Source of the DNA: Alphaproteobacteria bacterium
Lineage (GTDB): Bacteria > Pseudomonadota > Alphaproteobacteria > SHVW01
Reading direction: 5' to 3'
DNA length: 64,000 bases
NCBI GenBank assembly: GCA_016869645.1
Contig: VGDO01000003.1
Coordinates: 14,875-78,874 of the forward strand
In this document: positions 30,176 through 39,781 of the stretch, piece after piece
How positions within the stretch are numbered: the stretch's first letter is position 1
How the letters are laid out: each line of letters begins with the position of its first letter
Translations under genes and position numbers: made by a program
Notes under the pieces: model-generated
Told to the model about the DNA's origin: nothing
The model's database searches: none
Seen by the model: the letters and a program-made list of their open reading frames with translations, nothing else

Positions 30176-33172
30176 ATGGGCATGAGCCTGAATTCACCTC
30201 TCCAAACGAGTCGCACGGGCGCCGCACGCATCGGCGATCGCGCGCTTGCCGACCGCCTGCGCCGCGAGCTCGAGGGCGATGTGCGCTTCGACGCATTTTC
30301 CCGCGGGCTCTACTCGACCGACGCGTCAATCTACCAGATCGAGCCGATCGGCGTCGTCATCGCGCGCTCGGACCAGGACATCATCCGTTCGATCGAAATC
30401 GCCGCCGAAGAGGGCGTGCCGGTGCTGCCGCGCGGCGCCGGCACGTCGCAATGCGGCCAGACGGTGGGCGAGGCCCTGGTCGTCGATGTCAGCCGACATC
30501 TCAACCGCGTGGTCGCGCTCGACTGCGAAAGCCGCCGGGTCACGGTCGAGCCCGGCATCGTGCTCGACCAGCTCAATCGGCAGCTGCGACCGCACGGCCT
30601 CTATTTCCCGGTCGATGTCTCGCCGTCCAACCGCGCCACCATCGGCGGCATGACCGGCAACAATTCATGCGGCGCACGCTCGATCCGCTACGGCAACATG
30701 GTGCACAACGTGCATGCCATCGACGCCGTGCTGGCCGACGGCAAGGCGATGCATTTCGGTCCGGTGCCGCACAATCTCGCCGAGATCGTCACCGACAGCC
30801 GTGCGGCCGACCTCATCCAGCGCCTGCGCGCGCTGGGCGCGCGCGAAGCCGCCGAAATCGCCGCCCGTTTCCCCAAGCTCCTGCGTCGGGTCGGCGGCTA
30901 CAATATCGACACGCTGACACCCGAGCACATCGCGCGCAGCGGCCACAACATGGCGCACCTGCTGGTCGGCTCCGAGGGCACATTAGGCTTCTCGACGCGC
31001 ATCACCCTCGACCTGCAGCCGATTCCGCCGCACAAAGCGCTTGGCATCTGCCACTTCCCCAGCTTCTACAAGGCCATGGCCGCGACCCAGCACATCGTCA
31101 AGCTGGATCCGGCCGCGGTCGAACTGGTCGACCGGACCATGATCGAGCTGGCGCGCGACATCCCTATGTTCCGCCCGACGGTGGACCGCTTCGTGCGCGG
31201 CGCGCCGGACGCGATCCTGCTGGTCGAATTCGCGGGCGACGACGGCGCCGAGCAACTCAATCGGCTGAAGCAGCTGGTCCAGCTCATGGGCGATCTCGGT
31301 TTCCCAGACAGCGTGATCGAGGCAACCGATCCCGCTTTCCAGCGCCAGATCTGGGACGTCAGGGCGTCGGGGCTGAACATCATGATGTCGATGAAGGGCG
31401 AGGGTAAGCCCGTGTCATTCATCGAGGACTGCGCCGTGCCGCTCGAGGATCTCGCCGACTACACGGCCCGGCTCGACGAGCTGTTCCAGCGCCACGGCAC
31501 CTCGGGAACCTGGTATGCCCACGCGTCGGTTGGCACCCTGCACGTGCGGCCAATCCTCAACCTCAAGCTCGAGACCGAAGCCAAGAAGATGCGCGAGATC
31601 GCCGAGGCGGCCTTTGCCATCGTGCGCGAATACAAGGGCTCGCATTCGGGCGAGCATGGCGATGGCCTGGTGCGCTCCGAATTCCACGAGCCGATGTTCG
31701 GCCGGCGCGTCGTCGATGCCTTCGAGCAGGTCAAGGACACGTTCGATCCGACCGGCCTGTTCAATCCGGGCAAGATCGTCCGGCCGTCGCGCATGGATGA
31801 CCGTGCGCTGTTCCGCTACAAGCCCGGCTATGCCGCGGAGGCGCGCAACTGGGCCTTCGACTGGAGCGCCTGGGGCGGATTCTCCGCAGCGGTCGAGATG
31901 TGCAACAACAACGGCACCTGCCGCAAATCCGACCCTGGCGTGATGTGCCCGTCCTACCGTGCGACCGGCGACGAGCGCCACGTCACGCGCGGACGGGCGA
32001 ATGCGCTGCGCCTGGCGATCACCGGCCAGCTCGGCCCCGATGCCCTCGTGTCCGACGACATGTACGCCACCATGGATCTCTGCGTCGGCTGCAAGGGCTG
32101 CAAGCGCGAATGCCCGACCGGCGTCGACATGGCCAAGATGAAGGTCGAGTTTCTCGCCCACTACCGGCGCCGGCACAGTCTCAGGGCCAAGGACAGGCTG
32201 ATCGCCTACCTGCCCCGCTATGCGCCGGTCGCGTCGCGCTTGGCGCCGCTCGCCAATCTGCGCGACCGGCTGCCCGGGCTGCCAGCGCTGAGCGAGGCAT
32301 GGCTCGGTCTCAGCGCCAAGCGCAGCCTGCCGCGCTGGGCGGCCGATCCTTTCACGGCGGCCGATATCCCGATTGCCGATCGCCGGGTGTCCGGCGATGC
32401 GGTGCGCGAGGTCGTCCTGTTCGCCGACACCTTCAATACCTGGTTCGAACCCGACAATGCGCGCGCCGCCGTCAGGGTGCTGGCCGCCGCCGGTTATCGC
32501 ATCCATCTCGGCGCCAGTCGAAACGGGTCTACGCGGCCGCTGTGCTGCGGCCGCACGTTTCTCGCAACCGGCTTGATCGACGAAGCGTGCGCCGAGGCGA
32601 CCCGTCTGGTCGACGTGCTTGCGCCCTTCGCGGAGCGCGGCGTGCCGATCATCGGCCTCGAACCGTCCTGTCTGCTCACCCTGCGCGACGAGATCCCTGC
32701 ATTGATGCCCGGTCCACGAACCAGGACGCTGGCCGAGCGCGCCATGCTGCTCGAGGAGTTTCTGGTCGCCGAGCACAAGGCGGGACGGCTCGACTTGCCA
32801 CTCGCGCCGATTGCCGAGCAGCGCGCACTGGTGCACGGCCATTGCCACCAGAAAGCCTTTGGCATCGTCGGCAGCGTGACGGGCGCGCTTCAGCTCGTTC
32901 CCGGCCTCGCCGTCGAGACAATTGAATCCGGCTGCTGCGGCATGGCTGGCGCGTTCGGCTACGAAGCCGAGCATCACGAGATTTCGATGAAGATGGCCGA
33001 GCTCGACCTGCTGCCGGCCGTGCGCGAGGCAGGCGACGACACCGTGCTGGTCGCCGATGGCACGAGCTGCCGCCATCAGATCCAGGACGGCACCGGCCGG
33101 ATCGCGATGCACGTCGCCCGGGTGCTGGCACGCGCAGTCGACGCGAAGCAGTCGGGTCGGCAGGCTCCGTGA
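30176..33172 (+). CDS. FAD-linked oxidase fused to Fe-S/CCG domains (YdiJ-like D-2-hydroxyacid dehydrogenase)
   Basis: About 1000 aa: N-terminal FAD-binding PCMH domain (..GAGTSQCGQTVG..) and C-terminal CxxCxxCxxxCP clusters. ATG 30176 chosen behind AGGG; the ORF opens at TTG 30140. Confidence 0.8.
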   Translation: MGMSLNSPLQTSRTGAARIGDRALADRLRRELEGDVRFDAFSRGLYSTDASIYQIEPIGVVIARSDQDIIRSIEIAAEEGVPVLPRGAGTSQCGQTVGEALVVDVSRHLNRVVALDCESRRVTVEPGIVLDQLNRQLRPHGLYFPVDVSPSNRATIGGMTGNNSCGARSIRYGNMVHNVHAIDAVLADGKAMHFGPVPHNLAEIVTDSRAADLIQRLRALGAREAAEIAARFPKLLRRVGGYNIDTLTPEHIARSGHNMAHLLVGSEGTLGFSTRITLDLQPIPPHKALGICHFPSFYKAMAATQHIVKLDPAAVELVDRTMIELARDIPMFRPTVDRFVRGAPDAILLVEFAGDDGAEQLNRLKQLVQLMGDLGFPDSVIEATDPAFQRQIWDVRASGLNIMMSMKGEGKPVSFIEDCAVPLEDLADYTARLDELFQRHGTSGTWYAHASVGTLHVRPILNLKLETEAKKMREIAEAAFAIVREYKGSHSGEHGDGLVRSEFHEPMFGRRVVDAFEQVKDTFDPTGLFNPGKIVRPSRMDDRALFRYKPGYAAEARNWAFDWSAWGGFSAAVEMCNNNGTCRKSDPGVMCPSYRATGDERHVTRGRANALRLAITGQLGPDALVSDDMYATMDLCVGCKGCKRECPTGVDMAKMKVEFLAHYRRRHSLRAKDRLIAYLPRYAPVASRLAPLANLRDRLPGLPALSEAWLGLSAKRSLPRWAADPFTAADIPIADRRVSGDAVREVVLFADTFNTWFEPDNARAAVRVLAAAGYRIHLGASRNGSTRPLCCGRTFLATGLIDEACAEATRLVDVLAPFAERGVPIIGLEPSCLLTLRDEIPALMPGPRTRTLAERAMLLEEFLVAEHKAGRLDLPLAPIAEQRALVHGHCHQKAFGIVGSVTGALQLVPGLAVETIESGCCGMAGAFGYEAEHHEISMKMAELDLLPAVREAGDDTVLVADGTSCRHQIQDGTGRIAMHVARVLARAVDAKQSGRQAP

Positions 33173-33879
33173 ACGAACTGGGATTGCCGGCGGCGCCACC
33201 TGGCCTCGCGCGACCGAGCGGGCGGGCATCGTTGCACGACACGGTGGTCGATCGGCTGCGCGACATGATCGTTGAGGGCGAGCTCATCGCCGGTGCGCGC
33301 GTGCCTGAACGCGAGCTGACGCAGCGCCTCGGTGTGTCGCGCACCCCGCTGCGCGAAGCGCTCAAGGTGCTGGCGTCAGAGGGGCTGATCGAGCTGCTGC
33401 CCAATCGCGGAGCGCGGGTGGCGCGCCTGACCGAGGTCGACGTCGAGGAGATGTTTCAGGTCATGGGCGCGCTCGAGGGCCTGGCCGGCGAGCTCGCCTG
33501 CCAGCGCGTCACCGATGACGAGCTGGCGGCCCTGCGCGCCCTGCACTACGAGATGATGGCCCACCACGCGCGCGGCGACCTGCCGGCCTATTTCAAGGCC
33601 AACCAGGCGATCCACGAAGGCATCATCGGGGCGGCGCGCAATGCCGTCCTGTCGACCACCTACAGCATGCTGGCCGGCCGGATCCGGCGCGCGCGCTACC
33701 GCGCCAACCTGTCGCCTGAGCGCTGGGACGAGGCGGTTGCCGAGCACGAGCGGATTCTCGAGACCCTGGTGAAGCGCGACGGCACGACGCTGGCCTGGCT
33801 GCTGCGCCAGCACCTGCGCAACAAATGCGAGGTGGTGAAGGCCGCGCTCGCAGCCGCTGCCTCGACGACGGACGCTTAG
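33169..33879 (+). CDS. GntR-family transcriptional regulator (FadR-type FCD domain)
   Basis: wHTH ..RELTQRLGVSRTPLREAL... GTG start overlaps the upstream stop (GTGA). Confidence 0.8.
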   Translation: MNELGLPAAPPGLARPSGRASLHDTVVDRLRDMIVEGELIAGARVPERELTQRLGVSRTPLREALKVLASEGLIELLPNRGARVARLTEVDVEEMFQVMGALEGLAGELACQRVTDDELAALRALHYEMMAHHARGDLPAYFKANQAIHEGIIGAARNAVLSTTYSMLAGRIRRARYRANLSPERWDEAVAEHERILETLVKRDGTTLAWLLRQHLRNKCEVVKAALAAAASTTDA

Positions 33880-33896
33880 CGCAGCCCGCGTGCCGT

Positions 33897-36800
33897 CTAC
33901 TCGGCTGCCGCCGGGTGCTTGGCCGCTTCGTGCGCCTTGTCGTCCTGTTCCTTCTGCTCCAGCTGGGTCAGCAGATCGCTGACATAGCTCGAGGGCTTGG
34001 TGAACCGCGCCACCAGCAGATAGATGCAAGGAACGATGAACAGGGTGAGCAGCGTCGAGAACATGATGCCGCCGATCACCACGATGCCGATCGCCTGACG
34101 GCTCTCGCCGCCCGCGCCCGTGGCGATAGCGAGAGGAACGGCGCCGAACGCGGTCGCGATGCTCGTCATGATGATCGGACGGAATCGGGACACGGATGCA
34201 TCGGTGACCGCATCGCGGATCGATTCGCCGGCAACGCGCAGCTGGTTGGAAAACTCCACGATCAGGATGCCGTTCTTTGCCACAAGGCCGACCAGCATGA
34301 TCATGCCGATCTGGCTGTACACGTTGATCGTTCCGCCGGTCAGCCAGATGGCACCCAGCGCACCGGTGACCGCCAGCGGCACCGTCATCATGATGATCAG
34401 CGGGTGGATGAAGCTCTCGAACTGGGCAGCCAGCACGAGGAACACAACGAGCAGCGCAAGACCGAAGGTGAAATAGAGCGACGTGCTCGAGTCCTTGAAC
34501 TCCAGCGCCTCGCCCTGCCAGGTGATGCGCGCCTCGCTCGGCAGAACGTCGGCCGCCATGGCCTCGAGATTCTGCACTGCCTCGCCCAAGGTGTAGCCCA
34601 TCACCAGCGACGCGGCGATGGTCACCGACCGCATACGGTCGACGCGATTGAGGTCGCTCGGGCCCGCCTGATCCTTGAGCGTGACGATATTGGTCAGCGG
34701 AATCAATTTCTGCGTGGTTTGCGAGCGCACGAAGATGTTCGACAGGTCGTTCGGCGTCGCCCGGTTCGCCTGCGACGCCTGAAGGATGACGTAGTATTCC
34801 TGGCCGCGCTCGCTGAATGTCGTCACCTGGCGCGAGCCCAGCAGGGTTTCCAGCGTACGGCCGACTTCCTCGACCGAGATCCCGAGATCGGCCGCGCGAG
34901 CACGGTTGAGCTCGACGCTGAGCTCCGGCTTGGTCTCGTCATAGTTGGGATTGATGTTGATGAAGCGACCGTCGCGCGACATCGCTTCCATCATGCGGTC
35001 ACGCCAGTTGGCGATCTCCTCGTAGCTCGAGCCGCCGATAACGAGCTGGATCGGCTGACGCAATCCGCGCTGGCCCAGGCCCGGCGGATTGACTGCGAAG
35101 ATGCGTGCGTGCGGTATCACCTGGATCTTGCGCGAGATTTCGTCGACCAGATCCTTCTGCTTCACCGTACGCTTGTGCCACAGTTCCAGGCGGACGTTGA
35201 TCGTCGCGATTCGCACGTCGCCCGGCCGGAAGAAGGCAGGCGCGAGATTGGCAAACACCCGATAAACTTGCCCCGACTCGACCAGCGGTTTCAGCAGGTT
35301 CTCGACCTCGACGAGGACGCGCCTCGTGTAGTCGATTGTCGAGCCTTCCGGGGTATTGATCCGGATGAAGAAGTAGCCGCGATCTTCGATCGGCGAGAAC
35401 TCGCGTTTAAGCGTCTGAAACAGGATGACGGCCAGAAAGGTCGTGACCATCATGCTGGCAATCACCAGATAGGGCGCATTCAATGCGCGCACGAGCAACC
35501 ATCGATAGCCGCTATTGAGGCCGCGGAAAAACGGCTCTGTGGCGCGATGCACGAAGCCCTCGCCATGGACTGGCCGCAGCAGCTTGGAGCACATCATCGG
35601 CGTCAGCGACAGCGCAACCAACCCGGAGAAAAGCACCGCTGCGGCGACGGAAATGCCGAACTCGGTGAACAGCCGGCCGATATTGCCCTGCAGGAAGGAG
35701 ATCGGCACGAACACGGCGATCAGAACCAGGGTCGTGGAGACCACCGCGAATCCGATCTGATGCGCGCCGCGGTAGGCGGCGAGCAGCGGCGGCTCGCCCT
35801 CCTCGATCCGGCGATGAATGTTCTCCAGCACGACGATGGCATCATCGACAACGAGGCCGATCGAGAGGACGAGCGCCAGCAGCGTCAGAATGTTGATGGA
35901 GAAGCCGAGCGCCGCCAGCACGGTGAACGAGCCGATGATCGAAACGGGGATCGCAACGGCAGGAATGAGGGTCGCGCGGACGCTGCGCAGGAAGAAATAG
36001 ATGACGCCGATGACCAGTGCGAGCGCGATGCCAAGGGCGTGGAACACCTCGTAGATCGACTGCGCGATGAACAGCGATTGGTCATAGGACTGGTCGATCT
36101 GGAAGCCCTCGGGGAACGTCGCCTTCATGTGCATCAGCTCAGCCCTGACGCCATTGGCGACGTCGAGCGTGTTGGCCGTCGACTGCTTGATGATGCCCAT
36201 GCCGATCGCGGTCTTGCCGTTGTTGCGGATCTCGCCGCGCGTCTCCTCGGGACCGAGCTCGACCTTGGCGATCTCGCCGAGCTTGATGGCATAGCCGCGG
36301 CGCTGGGCGACGACCATCGCGCGGAACTGGTCGGGCGTCTTGAGGCCTGTCTTGGTGCGCACCGTGAATTCGCGCTCGCGGGACTCGATTCGACCGGTCG
36401 GCACCTCGATATTCTGCCTCTTGAGCGCGTCCTCGACGTCCTTGACCGTGATCTCGCGCGCCGCCATCTCGCGCCGGTCGAGCCAGACGCGCATGGAGTA
36501 GCGGCGCTCGCCGCCGATGCGGACGGACGATACGCCCGTCACCGTCGACAGGCGATCGACGATGTAACGCTTGGCATAGTCCGACAGCTCGAGGCTGTTC
36601 ATTCGATCGCTGGTGATCGACATCCACATAATTGGTGTTGCGTCGGCCTCGACCTTGTTGATCACCGGCGGGTCGGCGGCATCCGGCAGCTTGGCGAGAA
36701 TGCGCGCGACCCTGTCGCGTACGTCATTGGCGCAGGCATCGACATCGCGGCTCAGCTTGAATTCGATCGATACGCTGGACGAGCCCTCGCGGCTCGACGA

Positions 36801-37043
36801 AGTGATGGTCTTGATGCCCTCGATGCCGCTAACCGCGTCTTCGACGAGCTGCGTGATCTGCGATTCGATGATCGGTGCGGATGCGCCCTTGTAGGCGGTG
36901 TTCACCGACACGATGGGCGGATCGATGTTCGGATATTCGCGAACAGACAGTCGATCGAAGGAGAACAGCCCGAAGATCGTCACGACCAGGCTGATCACCG
37001 TGGCGAAGACCGGCCGCTTGATCGAGACATCCGACAGAACCAT
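33897..37043 (-). CDS. RND-family efflux permease (AcrB/MexB-like)
   Basis: 1048 aa, classic N-terminus MVLSDVSIKRPVFATVISL, 12 TM segments with two large periplasmic loops. Confidence 0.9.
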   Translation of the reverse strand: MVLSDVSIKRPVFATVISLVVTIFGLFSFDRLSVREYPNIDPPIVSVNTAYKGASAPIIESQITQLVEDAVSGIEGIKTITSSSREGSSSVSIEFKLSRDVDACANDVRDRVARILAKLPDAADPPVINKVEADATPIMWMSITSDRMNSLELSDYAKRYIVDRLSTVTGVSSVRIGGERRYSMRVWLDRREMAAREITVKDVEDALKRQNIEVPTGRIESREREFTVRTKTGLKTPDQFRAMVVAQRRGYAIKLGEIAKVELGPEETRGEIRNNGKTAIGMGIIKQSTANTLDVANGVRAELMHMKATFPEGFQIDQSYDQSLFIAQSIYEVFHALGIALALVIGVIYFFLRSVRATLIPAVAIPVSIIGSFTVLAALGFSINILTLLALVLSIGLVVDDAIVVLENIHRRIEEGEPPLLAAYRGAHQIGFAVVSTTLVLIAVFVPISFLQGNIGRLFTEFGISVAAAVLFSGLVALSLTPMMCSKLLRPVHGEGFVHRATEPFFRGLNSGYRWLLVRALNAPYLVIASMMVTTFLAVILFQTLKREFSPIEDRGYFFIRINTPEGSTIDYTRRVLVEVENLLKPLVESGQVYRVFANLAPAFFRPGDVRIATINVRLELWHKRTVKQKDLVDEISRKIQVIPHARIFAVNPPGLGQRGLRQPIQLVIGGSSYEEIANWRDRMMEAMSRDGRFININPNYDETKPELSVELNRARAADLGISVEEVGRTLETLLGSRQVTTFSERGQEYYVILQASQANRATPNDLSNIFVRSQTTQKLIPLTNIVTLKDQAGPSDLNRVDRMRSVTIAASLVMGYTLGEAVQNLEAMAADVLPSEARITWQGEALEFKDSSTSLYFTFGLALLVVFLVLAAQFESFIHPLIIMMTVPLAVTGALGAIWLTGGTINVYSQIGMIMLVGLVAKNGILIVEFSNQLRVAGESIRDAVTDASVSRFRPIIMTSIATAFGAVPLAIATGAGGESRQAIGIVVIGGIMFSTLLTLFIVPCIYLLVARFTKPSSYVSDLLTQLEQKEQDDKAHEAAKHPAAAE

Positions 37044-37099
37044 GGCTGCTGCTCCTTGGTGCGACTGTCTTCAGCAGGGCGAATCTATTGGCTTGTTCT

Positions 37100-38176
37100 T
37101 CAGCTCGTCGGGCGCGGCGTCGGCGTCACGGCGCTGCCGTCACGGATCTTCTGGACACCTGCCGTCACGATCTCAGTTCCGACTTCAATGCCCTTGACGA
37201 TCTCGACCTCGCCAGGGATGCGCTGTCCAACCTCGACCTCGGTGCGCAGCGCGCGGCCGTTCTTGACCACGAACACGAACTGCCGCGTGCCGATCGGAAT
37301 TAGCGCCTCTTCGGGCACCAGAATTGCGCTCTCGCGCCGAGCCAGCGACAACTCCACCGTCATGAACAGGCCGGGCCTCAGCGTGCCGAAGGGATTGGGC
37401 AGTTCGGCGCGCGCTTCGACCGTGCGGGTCGCCGGATCGATGCGCGTGTCGATCGTCTTGACGACGCCGGTGAATGCCTGGCCGGAATAGGCCTCGCTGC
37501 GCGCCTTGATGGCGATGCCGGGCTTGAGCAGGGCCAGCACCGTTTCGGGGACCTGGAAGCTGACCTTGATCGGGTCGATGTCGTCGAGCGTCGTGACGAT
37601 CGCGCCCGGCGGCACGAAGGCGCCGACGCTGACGCGGCGAATACCGATCTTGCCGTTGAACGGCGCCACGATCTGCAGGTCCTGCACCCGGGCTTCCTGC
37701 ACTTTGATCCGCGCCTGCGCGCTCGTGAGCTGCGAGCTCAGCTCATCCATGCGCGCCTGAGAGACAGCCTGCATGCCGAGCAGCTTGGAGGCGCGGTCGT
37801 AATTTTGCTGAGCGATCACGACGGCCGCACGCGACGCCTCGAGCTCGGCTTGTGCCTCGCGCCGATCGAGTTCGATCAGCACCTGGCCAGCGCGCACGGT
37901 CTGGCCGTCGGTGAAGTGCACCTTGGCCACGATCCCGGCCGTCTTGGTCGTGACGGTCACGGCTTCATTTGCAGCCGCCGTGCCGACGGTTTCGATCGTA
38001 TCGATGACGGCGCCGTGGCGCGCGACCGCAGTCTGAACCGGCACCGGCCGGCCGCCCGTCGGCTGCGTCCGCGTCGTCTGCTGCGTTCCAGCCAGCAAGA
38101 TATCCTTGTAATACCAAGCCGTGCCGCCCAGCACGCTGAGCACGGCGATGATGATGAATTGATTCCTGGTTTTCAT
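37100..38176 (-). CDS. RND efflux periplasmic adaptor (membrane-fusion protein)
   Basis: ORF 37100..38314 trimmed to Met47 (MKTRNQFIIIAVL..). MFP organisation, directly upstream of the RND permease. Confidence 0.85.
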   Translation of the reverse strand: MKTRNQFIIIAVLSVLGGTAWYYKDILLAGTQQTTRTQPTGGRPVPVQTAVARHGAVIDTIETVGTAAANEAVTVTTKTAGIVAKVHFTDGQTVRAGQVLIELDRREAQAELEASRAAVVIAQQNYDRASKLLGMQAVSQARMDELSSQLTSAQARIKVQEARVQDLQIVAPFNGKIGIRRVSVGAFVPPGAIVTTLDDIDPIKVSFQVPETVLALLKPGIAIKARSEAYSGQAFTGVVKTIDTRIDPATRTVEARAELPNPFGTLRPGLFMTVELSLARRESAILVPEEALIPIGTRQFVFVVKNGRALRTEVEVGQRIPGEVEIVKGIEVGTEIVTAGVQKIRDGSAVTPTPRPTS

Positions 38177-38224
38177 TCCCCGCAATCCGTGTGCCGCGCC
38201 GGCCCCCCAACCGCGGCAACAAAA

Positions 38225-38255
38225 ATTCCCGTTTCTTCTGGGAAACGTCGGGAAT
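38225..38255. promoter_or_regulatory. imperfect 31-bp palindrome in the RND efflux promoter region (candidate operator)
   Basis: ATTCCCGTTTC-ttct-GGGAAACGtcGGGAAT in the divergent intergenic region between the adaptor and amidase genes. Confidence 0.3.
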
Positions 38256-38344
38256 CTACATGGTCTGCCCTGGTGACGCAAAAATATTGTGCGCCACCAT
38301 GGCCATACCAGCATAATCCCGGCGTATTGTCTGACGAGGCCTGA

Positions 38345-39700
38345 ATGAAACCGCTGCGCGATCTTGACCGAGATCTTTCAACCGGATCCACGTCGAGCGC
38401 TGCTCTGACCGAGCTTGCGCTGGACGCCGCCGCCGCGCCGGGCGGAGAAGGGCAACGCGTATATACCCGGCTCTACCGCGAAGCCGCGATTGCGGCTGCC
38501 GAAGCCTCCGACCGGCTGCGGCGCCACGGCGTTGTGGCCGGGCCTCTCGGGGGGCTGCCAATTTCGATCAAGGATTTGTTTGACGTTGCCGGCGAGCCGA
38601 CGACGGCCGGTTCGGTCGTCCTCAAGGACGCGCAGCCGGCCCGCCAGGACGCGGTCATCGTCCGGCGCCTGCGCGCCGCCGGCGCCATCATTGTCGGCAA
38701 GACCAACATGACGGAGTTCGCTTATTCGGGCATCGGCTGGAATCCCCACTACGGCACGCCGCGCAATCCGTGGGACCGAGGCTCGATGCCGGCCGAGGGA
38801 CGCATTCCGGGTGGCTCGTCGTCAGGCGCGGTGATCTCGGTCACCGACGGCATGGCAGCGGCCGCGATCGGCACCGACACTGGCGGCTCCGTGCGCATCC
38901 CGGCCGCGCTGTGCGGCATCGTCGGCTTCAAGCCGACGGCGCGGCGCGTACCGCTGGCGGGTTCGGTACCGCTCTCGCACTCGCTCGATTCGATCGGTCC
39001 GCTGGCACGGACGGTCGCCTGCTGCGCGCTGGTCGATGCCGTGATCGCTGGCAGCGAACCGACGGTGCCGGAGCCGCTGCCGCTCGCCGGTGCGCGCCTC
39101 GCCTGCGTGCAAAGCTACGTCCTCGACAGCATGGATCGTCATGTCAGCGCCGCCTATATGCGCGCGCTCTCGCGCCTGTCGTCGGCGGGCGCGAAGCTGA
39201 CGGATATCGGCTTCGACGAGCTTGGCGAGTTGCCCGCCATCTATTCCAAGGGCGGACTCGGCGCTGCCGAGGCCTATCACTGGCACCGCGAACTGATCGG
39301 CAAGCGCGGCGCCGAATACGATCCACGCGTCAGCGCGCGCATCAAGCGCGGCGCCGAGCAGAGTGCCGCCGACTATCTCGACGTGCTGGCGGCGCGCCGC
39401 GACCTCAATGAGCGAGCCGACCGGACGACACGGCCCTACGACGCGGTGCTCATGCCGACCTGCCCGATCGTGGCGCCGAGGCTCAGCGAGATCGCGCGCG
39501 ACGAGGATTTTTCGCGCCTCAACCTGCTGATCCTGCGCAATACGACGATCGGCAATTTTCTCGATCGCTGCGCCATCTCGCTCCCCTGCCATCGCCCCGG
39601 CGACGCGCCGGTCGGCCTGATGCTGATGGGGAGCCGCGGCCACGACCGGCGCCTGCTCGCGCTCGCGCAGAGCGTCGAGGCGGCTCTGGCCACCGCCTGA
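38345..39700 (+). CDS. amidase-signature family amidase
   Basis: 451 aa with AS core ..GGSSSGAVISVTDGMAAAAIGTDTGGSVRIPAALCGIVGFKPT... Confidence 0.8.
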   Translation: MKPLRDLDRDLSTGSTSSAALTELALDAAAAPGGEGQRVYTRLYREAAIAAAEASDRLRRHGVVAGPLGGLPISIKDLFDVAGEPTTAGSVVLKDAQPARQDAVIVRRLRAAGAIIVGKTNMTEFAYSGIGWNPHYGTPRNPWDRGSMPAEGRIPGGSSSGAVISVTDGMAAAAIGTDTGGSVRIPAALCGIVGFKPTARRVPLAGSVPLSHSLDSIGPLARTVACCALVDAVIAGSEPTVPEPLPLAGARLACVQSYVLDSMDRHVSAAYMRALSRLSSAGAKLTDIGFDELGELPAIYSKGGLGAAEAYHWHRELIGKRGAEYDPRVSARIKRGAEQSAADYLDVLAARRDLNERADRTTRPYDAVLMPTCPIVAPRLSEIARDEDFSRLNLLILRNTTIGNFLDRCAISLPCHRPGDAPVGLMLMGSRGHDRRLLALAQSVEAALATA

Positions 39701-39781
39701 CGCCCGGGGGATGATCACCGCGCCGATGACCAGAAGTGCCCGCCCAGACGCCACCAGAAGCGCCGAACGCAGGAGTGCGCC

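Noticed and set aside
33825-37490. Plus-strand ORF 33825..37490 (1221 aa)
   Set aside because: It is entirely antisense to the RND permease and adaptor genes, which have unmistakable homology.
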